IMG/VR virus record: IMGVR_UViG_3300035698_008372
Location: 76,004-140,003 of that record
Reading direction: 5' to 3' (one strand)
DNA: 64,000 bases
Origin: a virus
Shown: one piece after another, positions 18,550 through 30,124 of the stretch
How the letters are laid out: every line of letters begins with the position of its first letter
Position numbering within the stretch: position 1 is the first letter of the stretch
Notes under the pieces: generated by a model
The model's input: only the letters and a program-made list of their open reading frames with translations
The model's database searches: none
Told to the model about the DNA's origin: nothing
Program-made: the position numbers and the translations under genes

Positions 18550-20145
18550 ATGGCTGACAAAGTTATAAAGAATTGAAATGTCGGAGACATAAGAAACGGG
18601 ACAGAGGTTTTAGCACCAGAACAGAGAAAAACACTATTAATATTATCGGATGATCTGAGAATGTCGTCTGGGGTAGGGACAATGACTAGAGAAATAACTA
18701 TGGGTATTTGCCATAGATTTAATATCGTTCAAGTTGGTGGAGCTATAAACCATCCAGATAAAAATAAAGTGATTGATTTAAATCAAAGCTTTCAAGACGG
18801 AACGGGTGTCCCAGAGGCACATTGCAAGGTGTATCCAGTTGATGGATATGGAAATTCGGATGTCGTTAGACAAATAATGAATACTGACAAACCCGATGCC
18901 ATACTACACTTCACAGACCCTAGATTTTGGGGTTGGTTGTATCAAATGGAACATGAGATTCGTCAGAATATTCCAATTTTTTACTACGCTTTGTGGGATG
19001 ATTTGCCAGTACCAATGTACAATAAAAGATTTTATGAATCATGTGACTTGATTATGTCAATTTCAAAACAATCACATTACATCCATAGATCGGCATTAAT
19101 GGAAACTGACACCAAAATAATTGACATGACCATAAATGAGGTACTAAATGAATATCCAGACGGAAACAATATGGAGACCAGAGTTAGTTATGTTCCGCAT
19201 GGTATCAATGAAAATGAATTCTATCCCATAGAAGAGGGTCATCCGGAATGGGATGATATGAGGAAATTTAGGAGTGAAGTCACTACAGGGACTCTTGGAA
19301 ATATCGAATTTATATTCCTATACAATAGTAGAAATATTAGAAGAAAAATGACAACCGATTTGATATATGCATTTAAAGTATTTTGTGACGCTCTGCCCCA
19401 AGGTGAAGCCGACAAATGCTTATTGTTATTACATACACAGCCGGTTGACGAAAACGGAACGGATTTGCCAGCTGTAATCAGTGAATTGGTCGATAACTAT
19501 AATATCGTTTTTTCACATCAAAAATTAGATACTAAGCACATGAACTACCTATATAATATATCGGATGTCACTGCACTAATTTCTTCAAATGAAGGATTTG
19601 GATTGGGCACAGCTGAATCATTAATGGCGGGTACTCCAATTCTGGTTAATACCACTGGAGGACTTCAAGATCAAGTTGGGTTCAAAAGAGAAGATGGTGA
19701 ATATGTCGGAGTAGAAGATTATAGAGATGGTTGGGGTTCCAATCATGATGGTCGATATACTGAGCACGCGGAATGGTGTAAACCAGTCTGGCCTGTTAGT
19801 AGGGCTATAGTGGGTTCGGTTCCAACTCCATATATTGCAGACGACCGATGTGATTGGCAAGATGTGGCAATCAGAATGTTGGAATGGTATGGCACACCAA
19901 TAGACGACCGCAAAGCTTCTGGGAAGTCTGGTCGTGAGTGGTTACTTTCAGAAAAGACGGGGATGTCTGCTTCAGAAATGGCTCGACGATTTGTGGTTCA
20001 CATGGATGAAACTTTTGAAAATTGGATGCCGAGAAAGAGGTTTTCAATGATTAAAGTTGAAATGCCGGAAAAAGTTATGAAGGAAAATGGCTTGAAACTC
20101 ACCAAAAAAATTGAACATGGAAATGTTTACATACCAAATAAATAG
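18550..20145 (+). CDS. GT4-family glycosyltransferase; in-frame TGA at 18574
   Basis: GGAGG RBS before ATG 18550; LLILSDDLRMSSGVG, DPRFW, VPHG, RNIRRK, EGFGLGTAES. Confidence 0.85.
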
Positions 20146-20159
20146 GAATAGGAAAAATT

Positions 20160-21515
20160 ATGCCAATACCAGAAAATAAAGTAATGTTAGTTTTTATGGC
20201 CCCAGTGGCCACAAGATCAGGTTATGGTTCCCATTCTAGGGATATTATCAGGTCTATTATCAAAATGGACAAATTCGATGTTAGAATTCTGCCCACCAGA
20301 TGGGGTGAAACTCCACAGGATGCGTTGGATTATCTCAATCCGGATGACAGGATAATCATAGATAGGTTGCTCCCTGAGCCCAAATTGGACAGACAACCAG
20401 AGATATTCATGCAGTGTACAGTGCCAAATGAATTTCAGGCACCCGGTAAATATAATATCGGTATCACGGCTGGTGTCGAAACTACCATTTGTCCTCCAGA
20501 ATGGATAGATGGAATGAATAGAATGGATATGAATATTGTACCTTCAAAATTCGTTAAGGATATGTTTGAGAGCCTGAAATTTACGGAGAAGAATGAACAG
20601 GGTCAACCAGTAAGAGAAATCAAAATGGAAAAACCCATTGAAGTATTGTTCGAAGGAGCAGATACTAAAATCTATAAAAAGACCAGTGATTTCAGCAGTG
20701 AATTAAAAGAGGAAATGTCTCTTGTAAAAGAATCATTTGCATTTTTATTTGTGGGGCATTGGTTGCAGGGTGGACTTGGCAAGGATCGAAAGGATGTTGG
20801 AATGTTAGTTAGGATGTTTCTTGAGACATTCAAAAATAAGGCTAAATCGCCCGCACTTATAATGAAAACCAGTGGGTCTAGTTTTTCGGTGTTGGATAGG
20901 GAAAACATGCTGGCCATGATTAATCAAATCAAACAATCATTGGGTAACCATAAATGGCCAAATATCTATGTGATGCATGGAGATTTGACTGACAATGAAA
21001 TGAATGAATTGTATAATCATCCGAAGGTTAAGGCTCACGTAACATTCACTCATGGTGAAGGATTCGGCCGACCATTACTTGAAGCGGTGTTTAGTGAAAA
21101 GCCAATTATCGCTCCGAAATGGTCTGGGCACTTGGATTTCTTGAATCCAAAATATGTTACATTGTTACCAGGTGGACTTACTGCCGTGGATAAAAACTCA
21201 CTACAAAAGGGGTTGGTTGTCGATGGTGCAAAATGGTTCACAGTGGATTATGGTCACGCTGGCAAGGTATTGAAGGATGTGTTTGATAGTTATAAGAAAT
21301 ATACCCAAAATACAAAAATATTGGCGATGGCAAATAAAACCAAATTTTCTATAGAAGCGATGGATGCGGAGTTTTTGAAAATTTTGGATACACATCTTCC
21401 AGAATTCCCAAAATTGGTGGACAATCTCAAGCTCCCCAAATTGAAGAAAACGGGTGGCACTGTACCTAAAATGAAATTCCCCACATTAAAAAAATCAAGT
21501 AAACTTACTAAATAG
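20160..21515 (+). CDS. GT4-like glycosyltransferase
   Basis: TRSGYG.HSRD, PNEF, GITAGVET, FVGHWL, GEGFGRPLLEA. Confidence 0.85.
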   Translation: MPIPENKVMLVFMAPVATRSGYGSHSRDIIRSIIKMDKFDVRILPTRWGETPQDALDYLNPDDRIIIDRLLPEPKLDRQPEIFMQCTVPNEFQAPGKYNIGITAGVETTICPPEWIDGMNRMDMNIVPSKFVKDMFESLKFTEKNEQGQPVREIKMEKPIEVLFEGADTKIYKKTSDFSSELKEEMSLVKESFAFLFVGHWLQGGLGKDRKDVGMLVRMFLETFKNKAKSPALIMKTSGSSFSVLDRENMLAMINQIKQSLGNHKWPNIYVMHGDLTDNEMNELYNHPKVKAHVTFTHGEGFGRPLLEAVFSEKPIIAPKWSGHLDFLNPKYVTLLPGGLTAVDKNSLQKGLVVDGAKWFTVDYGHAGKVLKDVFDSYKKYTQNTKILAMANKTKFSIEAMDAEFLKILDTHLPEFPKLVDNLKLPKLKKTGGTVPKMKFPTLKKSSKLTK

Positions 21516-21693
21516 AAAAGGGGTAAATCATGAAAAATGATTGGCTGGTTGTAAAAAATGAAAAGGGTGAATTGGTAAAAATCAATGTCGAACCCGAAAT
21601 ATACAAATATGTTACACAATTGGAATACGCAATTAAATTCCCGATTAGGAGCAAGATTGCGGAATTGTATCCCGATAGATTTGGAGGGGAATA

Positions 21694-21990
21694 GTGTCCG
21701 ATGTAATGACTGGAACATACGAAGAACTGAGGCATTGGTGATACGACGTAATGAAAATTATACCAAGAAATCAGAATATGGATTATGATAAATATCCATA
21801 TAGGGAATTGACTGACAAAATGACATTCAAAGATCAGGTCGACGCTGGAATAGGCGCGTGTAGGAAACTTGATCAAGACCCCGAATTTGCGTTGTACTAT
21901 ATGAAATATGATAGGCGGTCAAAAAAGAATGCAGATGAAATTGATGAGATAGAACTGATAGTTATAAACCAACGTGTAAAAATAATATAG
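21694..21990 (+). CDS. Hypothetical protein; in-frame TGA at 21739
   Basis: GGAGGGG RBS before GTG 21694; frame runs into the annotated 21751 ORF. Confidence 0.5.
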
Positions 21991-22046
21991 GAAAAAATAA
22001 TATCTTTTTTTATCTTTTTTGATACTTATTATAAAAGGAGATTACA

Positions 22047-22196
22047 ATGGATAAGAAAAATTTAAAAATTGATTCGAATGTGCACAATAAATTAAAAGAA
22101 TATTGTGATAATAATTTTTTGAAAATGAGTGAATGGGCGTCTAATATTATTTTAAATCATATATTGGAATTGGAAAAAAATGATGGGAAAAACTAA
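22047..22196 (+). CDS. Small ribbon-helix-helix-like protein
   Basis: AAGGAG RBS; KNLKIDSNVHNKLKEYC...KMSEWAS. Confidence 0.6.
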   Translation: MDKKNLKIDSNVHNKLKEYCDNNFLKMSEWASNIILNHILELEKNDGKN

Positions 22197-22213
22197 GAAT
22201 AAAGGAGTTATGA

Positions 22214-22696
22214 ATGAGTAAAAATGAAAATTATGAAGGTGAAAGGGTCATTACCTGCCCCATCTGTTTTAATGATGAAAAATGTTTTGAGGATATGCAT
22301 GGTGATTTTTCATCGTATTTGTGCTTCAGATGTGGATACACAAGCAATTCACACTACACCAAAGATTCTGCCGAGAGAGCCAAACACATAGGTAACACCC
22401 CCGAACTTATAAAGGGTCTGGAATTTTTTGATAACGAGCGAGAGCTCTATTGGTATCCTAGTGTACTTAATATGGGCACTAAGGGTATCATATTTCCGGA
22501 GGGAAAAGAAGATAATTGGGTATGGAAATATGCCAAAGTAATTGATATTCCAGAAGATGAGAAAAAGGATTACCCTGTCCCTGGAAAAGATGGTGAATTT
22601 TATGACACCAAATTGGATGTAGATGGAGCCGAATCGTTTGACAAATATGATTTCTTGTCAGCGGTTAAAGGCATGGGCATCACTGTGGACTTATAA
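22214..22696 (+). CDS. Zn-finger hypothetical protein
   Basis: CPIC, CFRCGY. Confidence 0.65.
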   Translation: MSKNENYEGERVITCPICFNDEKCFEDMHGDFSSYLCFRCGYTSNSHYTKDSAERAKHIGNTPELIKGLEFFDNERELYWYPSVLNMGTKGIIFPEGKEDNWVWKYAKVIDIPEDEKKDYPVPGKDGEFYDTKLDVDGAESFDKYDFLSAVKGMGITVDL

Positions 22697-22697
22697 G

Positions 22698-23153
22698 ATG
22701 GCTGAAGAGAGAATCAAAATAAGCTGGAATGAAATCGAACCGGGGATGATTTTATCATTCGTATATGGTGAGGGTGCCAGAAAGAAATGGCGTACTTGTA
22801 TGGTACTAACCGACCCATTAGATTCTAGGGCTTGGCTCACGCGCAAGGATGGATCAAAAAACAAAGTGGTACATACGCTCCAGCTAAGAAAACAACAAAA
22901 ATTACAATTACGTGGGACCAAGCTCAGAAGAGTATTGAATCATTTTGGCGGTGTTATCCGTGAGGAAATGGAAGGATTCAGACACAACCGCATGATTATT
23001 GGTGACATCAAAAACTCATACCCAATGCTCAGTCCGATGCTCAAAGGTACTGATGTATATAGGATATTGGAAGTAGATAAACTAAAGACTACAGCGTTGT
23101 ATCTTATAGATTATAAATTTCCAAGAGACATTAAAATACAAAGGAGATACTAA
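22698..23153 (+). CDS. Hypothetical protein
   Basis: ORF directly after the previous stop. Confidence 0.55.
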   Translation: MAEERIKISWNEIEPGMILSFVYGEGARKKWRTCMVLTDPLDSRAWLTRKDGSKNKVVHTLQLRKQQKLQLRGTKLRRVLNHFGGVIREEMEGFRHNRMIIGDIKNSYPMLSPMLKGTDVYRILEVDKLKTTALYLIDYKFPRDIKIQRRY

Positions 23154-23776
23154 TGATATCATTTTCAATTTTATCACATAATGAAGGTGAAGATTTAGGT
23201 AAATTATTACATCAGATTGCCACCAAAAGTGATTTGGATTATGAGTTTGAAATTGTCATAGTGGATGATTTTAGCACAGATAGTAGGACAATGGAAATAT
23301 TAGAAGAATATGGTAATGTGGATAATGTGCATGTATTCCAAAGGAAATTGGATATGGATTTTGCCGGACAGAAGAATTTTGCCAATTCAAAATGTGTGGG
23401 AGAATACATATTTTCAGTCGATGCCGATGAATATTTCCCTGACAATCTTATTGCAAATCTGTATGAATTGGTTAAAATGAATGGTGATATTGATTTAATG
23501 TGAGTCCCCAGGATTAATCTTGTGGGGGGTATTACAAAAGAACATATTGCCAAATGGGGTTGGAATGTGAATGCACAGGGTTGAATAAATTTTCCCGATT
23601 ATCAGGCCCGCCTTTTTAAGAATTCTCCAGACATAAAATGGAAAAATAAGGTTCACGAAGTTATCGAGGGCGCGATGACTATAAGCCGACTACCAACGGA
23701 ACAAGATTGGTGTTTGGTACATAACAAACATATAGATAAACAAGAAAAACAGAATGAATTTTATGAGACCATTTAA
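23153..23776 (+). CDS. GT2-family glycosyltransferase; in-frame TGA at 23501 and 23582
   Basis: VDDFSTD, DFAGQKN, DADE, then DLM*VPRIN, G*INFPDYQARL, KVHE. Confidence 0.85.
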
Positions 23777-23910
23777 TGAAAATTGTTATAATAGCTCCGA
23801 AAATACAAGAATGGGTGGACATGGATACAGTGGCAGCGGCAAATTGGTTAATTGAAAATAATAAACAAAATGAAGATTATAAAAATTTTACATTGGAAAA
23901 GAGTTAAAAT

Positions 23911-25059
23911 ATGGATATTAGAAAATGCCCATTAAAAGTATTAGGACCTCATGGTGATGAGTCGGATGTTCAAGCTTTAAGGGAAGTTATTGAAAGTGGT
24001 TGGTGGGGTAAAGGCCCCAAGGTTGAAGAATTTGAACACGATTTTGCAAAAATGGTTGGGTCAAAACACGCCATAGCGGTTACTAGTAATTCACATGGTC
24101 AAGACTTAATTATGAAAGCCATGGGATTCAATGGCATTGATGTTATCAATCCAACGATTTCATTTGTAGCTACAGCCGAAATACCATTATGGAATAATTG
24201 TACATCGAATATAGTCGATGTTGATCCAATTAATATGAATATAACGGCCGAAGAGGTTGACAAATGGAAAACCCAAGATACCGAATTGGTGATTGCCGTA
24301 AATATGGCCGGAGTTCCAGCTCCCATAGAGGAAATTAGGAAGGTGTATGGTGGATTCATCATTGAAGATTGTGCCCATAGTTGTTATACTCCAGGTGCTG
24401 GAATGTTGGGTGATGTGGCCGTTTGGTCATTTCAGGCTGTTAAGACAATGCCTATAGGTGATGGTGGCATGATAACATTAAACGATGATGCATTGGCCAA
24501 AAAAATGAGAGAAATGTTGTGGTTCGGTGTTACGTCGACGTGGAGTAGATCAGCCGATTCTACAGGGACAAGACCTGGTTATGCTTGGGATTACAATGTT
24601 GATAAATTGGGATATAAATATTATATGACTGATTTGTATGCGGCACTTGGATTATCACAAATGAAAAAGCTTCCCAGATTTTTAGATACTAGGAGACACA
24701 TCCAAGAGAGATACAATTCAGAATTAAATTCCACAATTCAAAAGCCCCCATATAGTGACACAGTTCAATATTATTGTATGAAATTGGAAGATAAAAGAAA
24801 TTATGCTCCAGATGCATCGGGATATTCTGGTAAAAGCCGCGACGATTTAATAGGTTATTTGGCGGATAAAAAAATCCATACATCTGTGCACTTCAAACCA
24901 TTGCACCAATACGATTTGTTAAAAATGGATAGGGAATTCCCAGTAGCTGATGCTGAATGGGTTAAATTAATTTCACTGCCATGCCATAATGGGATGACTG
25001 ACGATGATATTGATTATGTCATATATTGGGTAAATAAATTTATCGAAGAGGAATATTAA
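23911..25059 (+). CDS. DegT/DnrJ/EryC1/StrS sugar aminotransferase
   Basis: IEDCAH, SFQAVK.MPIGDGGM, LGYKYYM, ISLPCH. Confidence 0.92.
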   Translation: MDIRKCPLKVLGPHGDESDVQALREVIESGWWGKGPKVEEFEHDFAKMVGSKHAIAVTSNSHGQDLIMKAMGFNGIDVINPTISFVATAEIPLWNNCTSNIVDVDPINMNITAEEVDKWKTQDTELVIAVNMAGVPAPIEEIRKVYGGFIIEDCAHSCYTPGAGMLGDVAVWSFQAVKTMPIGDGGMITLNDDALAKKMREMLWFGVTSTWSRSADSTGTRPGYAWDYNVDKLGYKYYMTDLYAALGLSQMKKLPRFLDTRRHIQERYNSELNSTIQKPPYSDTVQYYCMKLEDKRNYAPDASGYSGKSRDDLIGYLADKKIHTSVHFKPLHQYDLLKMDREFPVADAEWVKLISLPCHNGMTDDDIDYVIYWVNKFIEEEY

Positions 25060-25060
25060 A

Positions 25061-25840
25061 ATGAAGCGATTAATATTGGGAGATGGATTACTTGGTTCTG
25101 AAATCGCGAAACTCACTGGGTGGGATTATATTAGTAGAAAAAAGGATGGACTTGATTTTGCAGATATTAATACTTATTCTGAAATTTTAAATGGGTATGA
25201 CGATGTAATAAATTGTATAGCTCATTGCAATACTTATGATGAAAATATTGATATTCATTGGAATGTCAATTATAAGGGTGTTGTGAACTTGGTTGATTAT
25301 ATTATGAATAAGGGGATTAAATTGGTACACATATCCACAGATTATATTTATTCAAATTCACAATCAAATGCATCCGAAACAAGTGTTCCAGTACATTGTG
25401 AAAATTGGTATGGTTATACCAAATTGTTATCAGACGCGTATGTGCAACTTAAAATGCCCAACTATCTATTAATTAGGGGGACACATAAAGAAACTCCATT
25501 TGAATATAATGGGGCGTATATAAATCAAATAGGCAATTTTGATTATATTGATGTTGTAGCTAAGATGATAGTGGATTTGATAACAGCTGAAGAAACTGGC
25601 ATTTACAACGTGGGAACGGAATTGAAAACCATGTATGATTTGGCTAAAAAAACGAAATCGAATGTAATGCCAATAAATGAGAAATTTCATCATACCATGC
25701 CATCCGATGTTAGCATGGATTTAACTAAATTGAATAATTTTTTGGACGACAATAAAAAACTAACAATTCTACTAAGTGTTGTCATGTTATATCATTCTGA
25801 GGCGGATGAAGGAGAAAATCAACGGGCGGGTGACTTTTAG
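25061..25840 (+). CDS. rmlD: RmlD-like dTDP-4-dehydrorhamnose reductase
   Basis: LILGDGLLG, VHISTDYIY, YGYTK, GIYNVG. Confidence 0.8.
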   Translation: MKRLILGDGLLGSEIAKLTGWDYISRKKDGLDFADINTYSEILNGYDDVINCIAHCNTYDENIDIHWNVNYKGVVNLVDYIMNKGIKLVHISTDYIYSNSQSNASETSVPVHCENWYGYTKLLSDAYVQLKMPNYLLIRGTHKETPFEYNGAYINQIGNFDYIDVVAKMIVDLITAEETGIYNVGTELKTMYDLAKKTKSNVMPINEKFHHTMPSDVSMDLTKLNNFLDDNKKLTILLSVVMLYHSEADEGENQRAGDF

Positions 25841-26526
25841 AATCACTTAAATTATTAAAATATATTGATAAAATCCATAAATCAGTCGATGGGGGAATTA
25901 ATTTTGATATTATTATAGTTAATAATATTTCTGAAAATACTCTTACAAATGATCTTTTGTCTGAAATGGATAATCAATCCACTAAAAATGGCAAAATTAT
26001 AGTTGTTTCCAGAGAAAATATTGGAATTTCGTTTGGTGGATTTAATTACGCGTTTCAAAAATTTAAAGATGATTATGATTACTGATTTTTCACGGAAGAT
26101 GATATTATTTTGAATAAGCCCATGTGGTATAAAGACGCTTATGATGAATTAAATAAAAATATGGATTCTGATAATAATATTGCATATATTACTCCCAATG
26201 GCATTAATAGGGATCACAGTAGTAACCATGTGCTTAACGGGTGTGGTTTGACTCATAAAAAATTTTTAGATGAAATTTGTTTGATTAATAATGGGGAGTT
26301 GCCGCATGGGAAATTCAAGGGGAAGGACGGGTTTGTCCCAGATAAATGGGTTGCTATTAATACCGAAATAGAATTTACCAACATATTGATTAGAATGGGA
26401 TATGACTTTAAGGATATTTTATATGACAATGAGAAAAAAACCAGATATTCAGATTCTTGGTACACTGCTGTAAATAAAATTGGAATACGTGGAGGAAACC
26501 ATGGGCAAAAAGATAATTATAAATAA
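25756..26526 (+). CDS. GT-A-like protein; 4 in-frame TGA (25798, 25807, 25831, 26083); start codon unclear
   Basis: KCCHVISF*GG*RR...DIIIVNN...RENIGISFGGFNYAF...YDY*FFTEDD. Confidence 0.65.
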
Positions 26527-27205
26527 TAAAATTGGATTTGTGTGCACTATTCATCAGAGTGATGCCCATAGACCAAATGGGTTTGAATTATTTAACAATT
26601 TTGTGGAATCATTGTATCAATCTTGTGAATACCCATTCATGCTATATGTATTTGACAATGGGTCTACAGATAAATTTGAAATTGAAAATGATGTTGATAA
26701 TATGAAAATTATTAGGGTTGATGATCAATATGCTAGGGGGGTAACTGGAACTTGGAATGATGGTATTAAATTGGGACTGGCCGATGGATGTGATGTGATG
26801 ATAATAACGGAAGATGATGAAATTATAGATAATTCTATCAATAATTTAATTAGTGTTGTATTGTCTCACCCACTTAATGATAATGCAATGTATGGTCCTG
26901 TTAGTAATGCACCAAATAATGGTCACCAATCAGCGTCCGAACCAACTGGAAAAATCTTTGAGATTGATGGTACTCCCACAAAAGAATTGAACGGATTTTG
27001 CATGGCCATGACCCGCAAAACTATCGAAGCCAATTATTATGATACCGACAACTTTTTTAGCACCGATTTTGAAAATGCGTGGGGTGGTCAGGACGTTGAA
27101 GTTCAATCGAGAGTTGGTCATTCAATTGTGGTGGGAACTTGTTATGTTCATCATATCAAACAAGGTGGTTGGAGAAAAATCAGGGATGGAAATTATGAAA
27201 AATAA
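26501..27205 (+). CDS. GT2-like glycosyltransferase
   Basis: VFDNGS, G...TWNDGI, TEDD, GPVSN, LNGFC, WGGQD. Confidence 0.75.
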   Translation: MGKKIIINNKIGFVCTIHQSDAHRPNGFELFNNFVESLYQSCEYPFMLYVFDNGSTDKFEIENDVDNMKIIRVDDQYARGVTGTWNDGIKLGLADGCDVMIITEDDEIIDNSINNLISVVLSHPLNDNAMYGPVSNAPNNGHQSASEPTGKIFEIDGTPTKELNGFCMAMTRKTIEANYYDTDNFFSTDFENAWGGQDVEVQSRVGHSIVVGTCYVHHIKQGGWRKIRDGNYEK

Positions 27206-27911
27206 TAAAGTTATATATACGGCCATCATCGGCGGGTATGATAAGTTGATAGAGCCCAAATTTAAACCCAATGGTTGGGATTTCGTGTGTTTCACTGACA
27301 GGGAATTGGAATCTGATACTTGGGAAATACGCAATACCTTGCCATTATATACAGACAATACTCGGACTGCGAGAAAACATAAATTATTAACACACAGGTA
27401 TTTGCCGGAATATGATTTCAGCTTGTGGGTTGATGGTAATATAAATATTGTTGGCGATCCCATTGAACTATTGCCATATATAGATAATTGCAATTATGCC
27501 ACATACGATCATAATCAAAATATTCTCGATCCTAGAAAATGTATTTATGAAGAAGCTAGGGTGATATTGAATTTTGGTGATATCAATATGAAAAGAAATC
27601 CTGAAAAAGGCATGGGCAATTACAAGGATAACCCCGATGCCATTAAAAAGCAAATGATAAAATTTAAGGAAGATGGATATCCAGAAAATAATGGTTTGGT
27701 GGTTCAAATGGAAGTCTTGAGGCGGCATAATGAAATGGATGTCATAGAAGCAATGGAATCTCAATGGGATATATTGAAATATTATAGTAAACGTGAACAG
27801 TTGAGCTTTAACTATATAGCGTGGAAAAATCATTTGAGATTTGAATATATAGAAGGGGATTCCAGACTTAATAAATATTTTGTACATACTGGAAAGCATG
27901 GTGGCAAATAA
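27195..27911 (+). CDS. DUF616 (TOD1/MUCI70-like) glycosyltransferase
   Basis: VIYTAIIGGYD, FVCFTD, SLWVDGN, R.CIYEEA, REQLSFNY. Confidence 0.85.
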   Translation: MKNNKVIYTAIIGGYDKLIEPKFKPNGWDFVCFTDRELESDTWEIRNTLPLYTDNTRTARKHKLLTHRYLPEYDFSLWVDGNINIVGDPIELLPYIDNCNYATYDHNQNILDPRKCIYEEARVILNFGDINMKRNPEKGMGNYKDNPDAIKKQMIKFKEDGYPENNGLVVQMEVLRRHNEMDVIEAMESQWDILKYYSKREQLSFNYIAWKNHLRFEYIEGDSRLNKYFVHTGKHGGK

Positions 27912-28786
27912 TGATATTTTGGAGAATTATTGGAGATAAATTATATTCGACGGGTGAAGTGGAACAACTCGGATTTAATGAAAATGATGCATCTTACATA
28001 CCAGATGAGTATCTGGAAAATGGTGAATTTGTAATATGTCGAACCGCCTTTGGTTTTGGTGATTGGTCAATAATATCGGCCATGCCGAGATTGTTAAAAG
28101 AAAAATACCCAAATTGTAAAGTGAATATCCCAACGGTGGAATGGTTTGAAAATACATTTGGTGATTTGAAATATAATTGGTCAAGTTGGTCAAATCCATA
28201 TCAAATGGCACACGCTGTGTTTGATAATAATCCCTATGTGGATGGATTTGTATATCCAAAAGATGGTGATATATTTCACGATCATTATAGAATTTACAAT
28301 GGGGAAGACACACCGCTAGTTAAACAGATATTGAAATTCTGGCAGTTTTCGGAAAATGAAATGATTGATAATCAACCAGAACTATATTGGAGTGATAAAG
28401 AACGGGAATTTGGAGATCGTATAATAGCAGAAAAGGTGGGCGATCTTCCCTTTGGGGGATTGCTGGTATCGGATAGATGTGATGAAACTGATATTGAATT
28501 ACTAAATGGGGCACTGCGTGATAATGTGTATCCATATTTTTATCTTACTCCCGAACCATTAAAAGGCGGGCATTTCAGTTATGTGAACCCGGCTATGGAT
28601 TTGAGACACATGGATATCAGGATTCAATTATATATAAGGTCTAGAGCTAAATTGAATGTGGGCAATCAATGCGGGGTGTTGGACACACTACCTAGATACG
28701 CCGATGTATATTCAGTGCAACGCCAGTATCCTCTTGGCGGAAATTTTGTAGAGGGTGAAATTTATTTAAAAAAGGATAATCAATAA
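27911..28786 (+). CDS. GT9/heptosyltransferase-like protein
   Basis: GFGDW.IISAMPRLLKEKYP, NNPYVD. Confidence 0.6.
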   Translation: MIFWRIIGDKLYSTGEVEQLGFNENDASYIPDEYLENGEFVICRTAFGFGDWSIISAMPRLLKEKYPNCKVNIPTVEWFENTFGDLKYNWSSWSNPYQMAHAVFDNNPYVDGFVYPKDGDIFHDHYRIYNGEDTPLVKQILKFWQFSENEMIDNQPELYWSDKEREFGDRIIAEKVGDLPFGGLLVSDRCDETDIELLNGALRDNVYPYFYLTPEPLKGGHFSYVNPAMDLRHMDIRIQLYIRSRAKLNVGNQCGVLDTLPRYADVYSVQRQYPLGGNFVEGEIYLKKDNQ

Positions 28787-29346
28787 TGGAAATTTTGGAT
28801 TCAATACCAGACAAGAGAGAATATACAAATACAACTTCATTGAAATTTAAAGAAGATTTGATTGGATATTTTACAGAAAATAAAATGCATACCATTTTAG
28901 AAGTTGGGGCCGATCGCGGATATACGACAAGAATTCTCAGCTTTTTATTTGATAAGGTTATCTCATTTGAATTCAATGAAGAAAAACTTGAATTTGCAAG
29001 GAAATTAAATTCCGATAGGGATAACATACAATTTATTAATAAGGATGTGTATCGCAATGATTGGGAAGTGGGCCAATATGATGTGGTTTTTATAGATTGT
29101 GATCATCAATATGATAGTGTGATTGCCGATACAATAAATGCTATCAAATGGGCGGACAGGGAATTGTTAATAATTTATGATGATTATGGTCACCCTACCA
29201 CTGGAGTTAAAAGGGCCGTGGATGATTTGTTGGAAAAAAATGATGGATTGTCATTGGTGAAATACATGGGTGAGGCTGAAGGGTCTGATTGCCGACCCGG
29301 ATTGATATTAAAAGATTATGAAGGGGTCATGTGCAAATATGTCTAA
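28786..29346 (+). CDS. Class I SAM methyltransferase (Methyltransf_24-like)
   Basis: ILEVGADRGY, VVFIDCDH, IIYDDYG. Confidence 0.85.
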   Translation: MEILDSIPDKREYTNTTSLKFKEDLIGYFTENKMHTILEVGADRGYTTRILSFLFDKVISFEFNEEKLEFARKLNSDRDNIQFINKDVYRNDWEVGQYDVVFIDCDHQYDSVIADTINAIKWADRELLIIYDDYGHPTTGVKRAVDDLLEKNDGLSLVKYMGEAEGSDCRPGLILKDYEGVMCKYV

Positions 29347-30124
29347 TATAGTATTTATTCCAAATATAGATGTTGGTGATAATAGGAGCAACCCATACTC
29401 CTATTCCATCAAAAGCTGGGAAAAGTGGTGTGCCAAACATGATTGTGAATTGGTTATTTTGGATCAGTTATTATTCCCCGTTGAAGAAATTAAAATTACA
29501 TGGCAGCGATGGTATGTGTTTGATATTCTTGAGGCCAATAATATGAAATTGGGTAAGGATGATCAGGTGGCACTAGTTGACGCTGATATGGTGGTACATC
29601 CAGATTGCCCCAACTTTTTTGAATATACGGATATGAAATGGGCTGGGGTATTGAACAACGGCTCTTATGAATGGGTTGTTAGGAGCATCAATGGGTATGG
29701 TGATTTGATGTTTGACAATGACCGTATTCATCCTTGGGAATATATAAACAACGGGTTGGTCATATTCAATAATAAACACAAGAAATTCGTCAAATCCATT
29801 ACAGATTATTACTGGGATAATCAACCAGAAATTATTGCCAGTTATGATAAAATCAAGTGTAGCACTGACCAAACCATTATAAATTATTTGCGGGTTTTGG
29901 GTGGGATTGAAACTACTTATTTACAAGACAGATTCAACTTGCAGGATTTACATAGCAAGCAGTTATTGTACCATGACCCATCAAATTGGTGGGGTGATTC
30001 AATAAGTAATTTATTACAATCTGGATATGTATTTCATATAAACGCTATACCTTCAAATAGATTGAATAGGACAGCCGGATACTGGATTAAACGGTTATAC
30101 AAGGAGATGTACCCCAATGATTAA
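29339..30124 (+). CDS. GT-A glycosyltransferase (GT8/GT34-like)
   Basis: VDAD, YINNG, DQTIINY. Confidence 0.75.
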   Translation: MSNIVFIPNIDVGDNRSNPYSYSIKSWEKWCAKHDCELVILDQLLFPVEEIKITWQRWYVFDILEANNMKLGKDDQVALVDADMVVHPDCPNFFEYTDMKWAGVLNNGSYEWVVRSINGYGDLMFDNDRIHPWEYINNGLVIFNNKHKKFVKSITDYYWDNQPEIIASYDKIKCSTDQTIINYLRVLGGIETTYLQDRFNLQDLHSKQLLYHDPSNWWGDSISNLLQSGYVFHINAIPSNRLNRTAGYWIKRLYKEMYPND

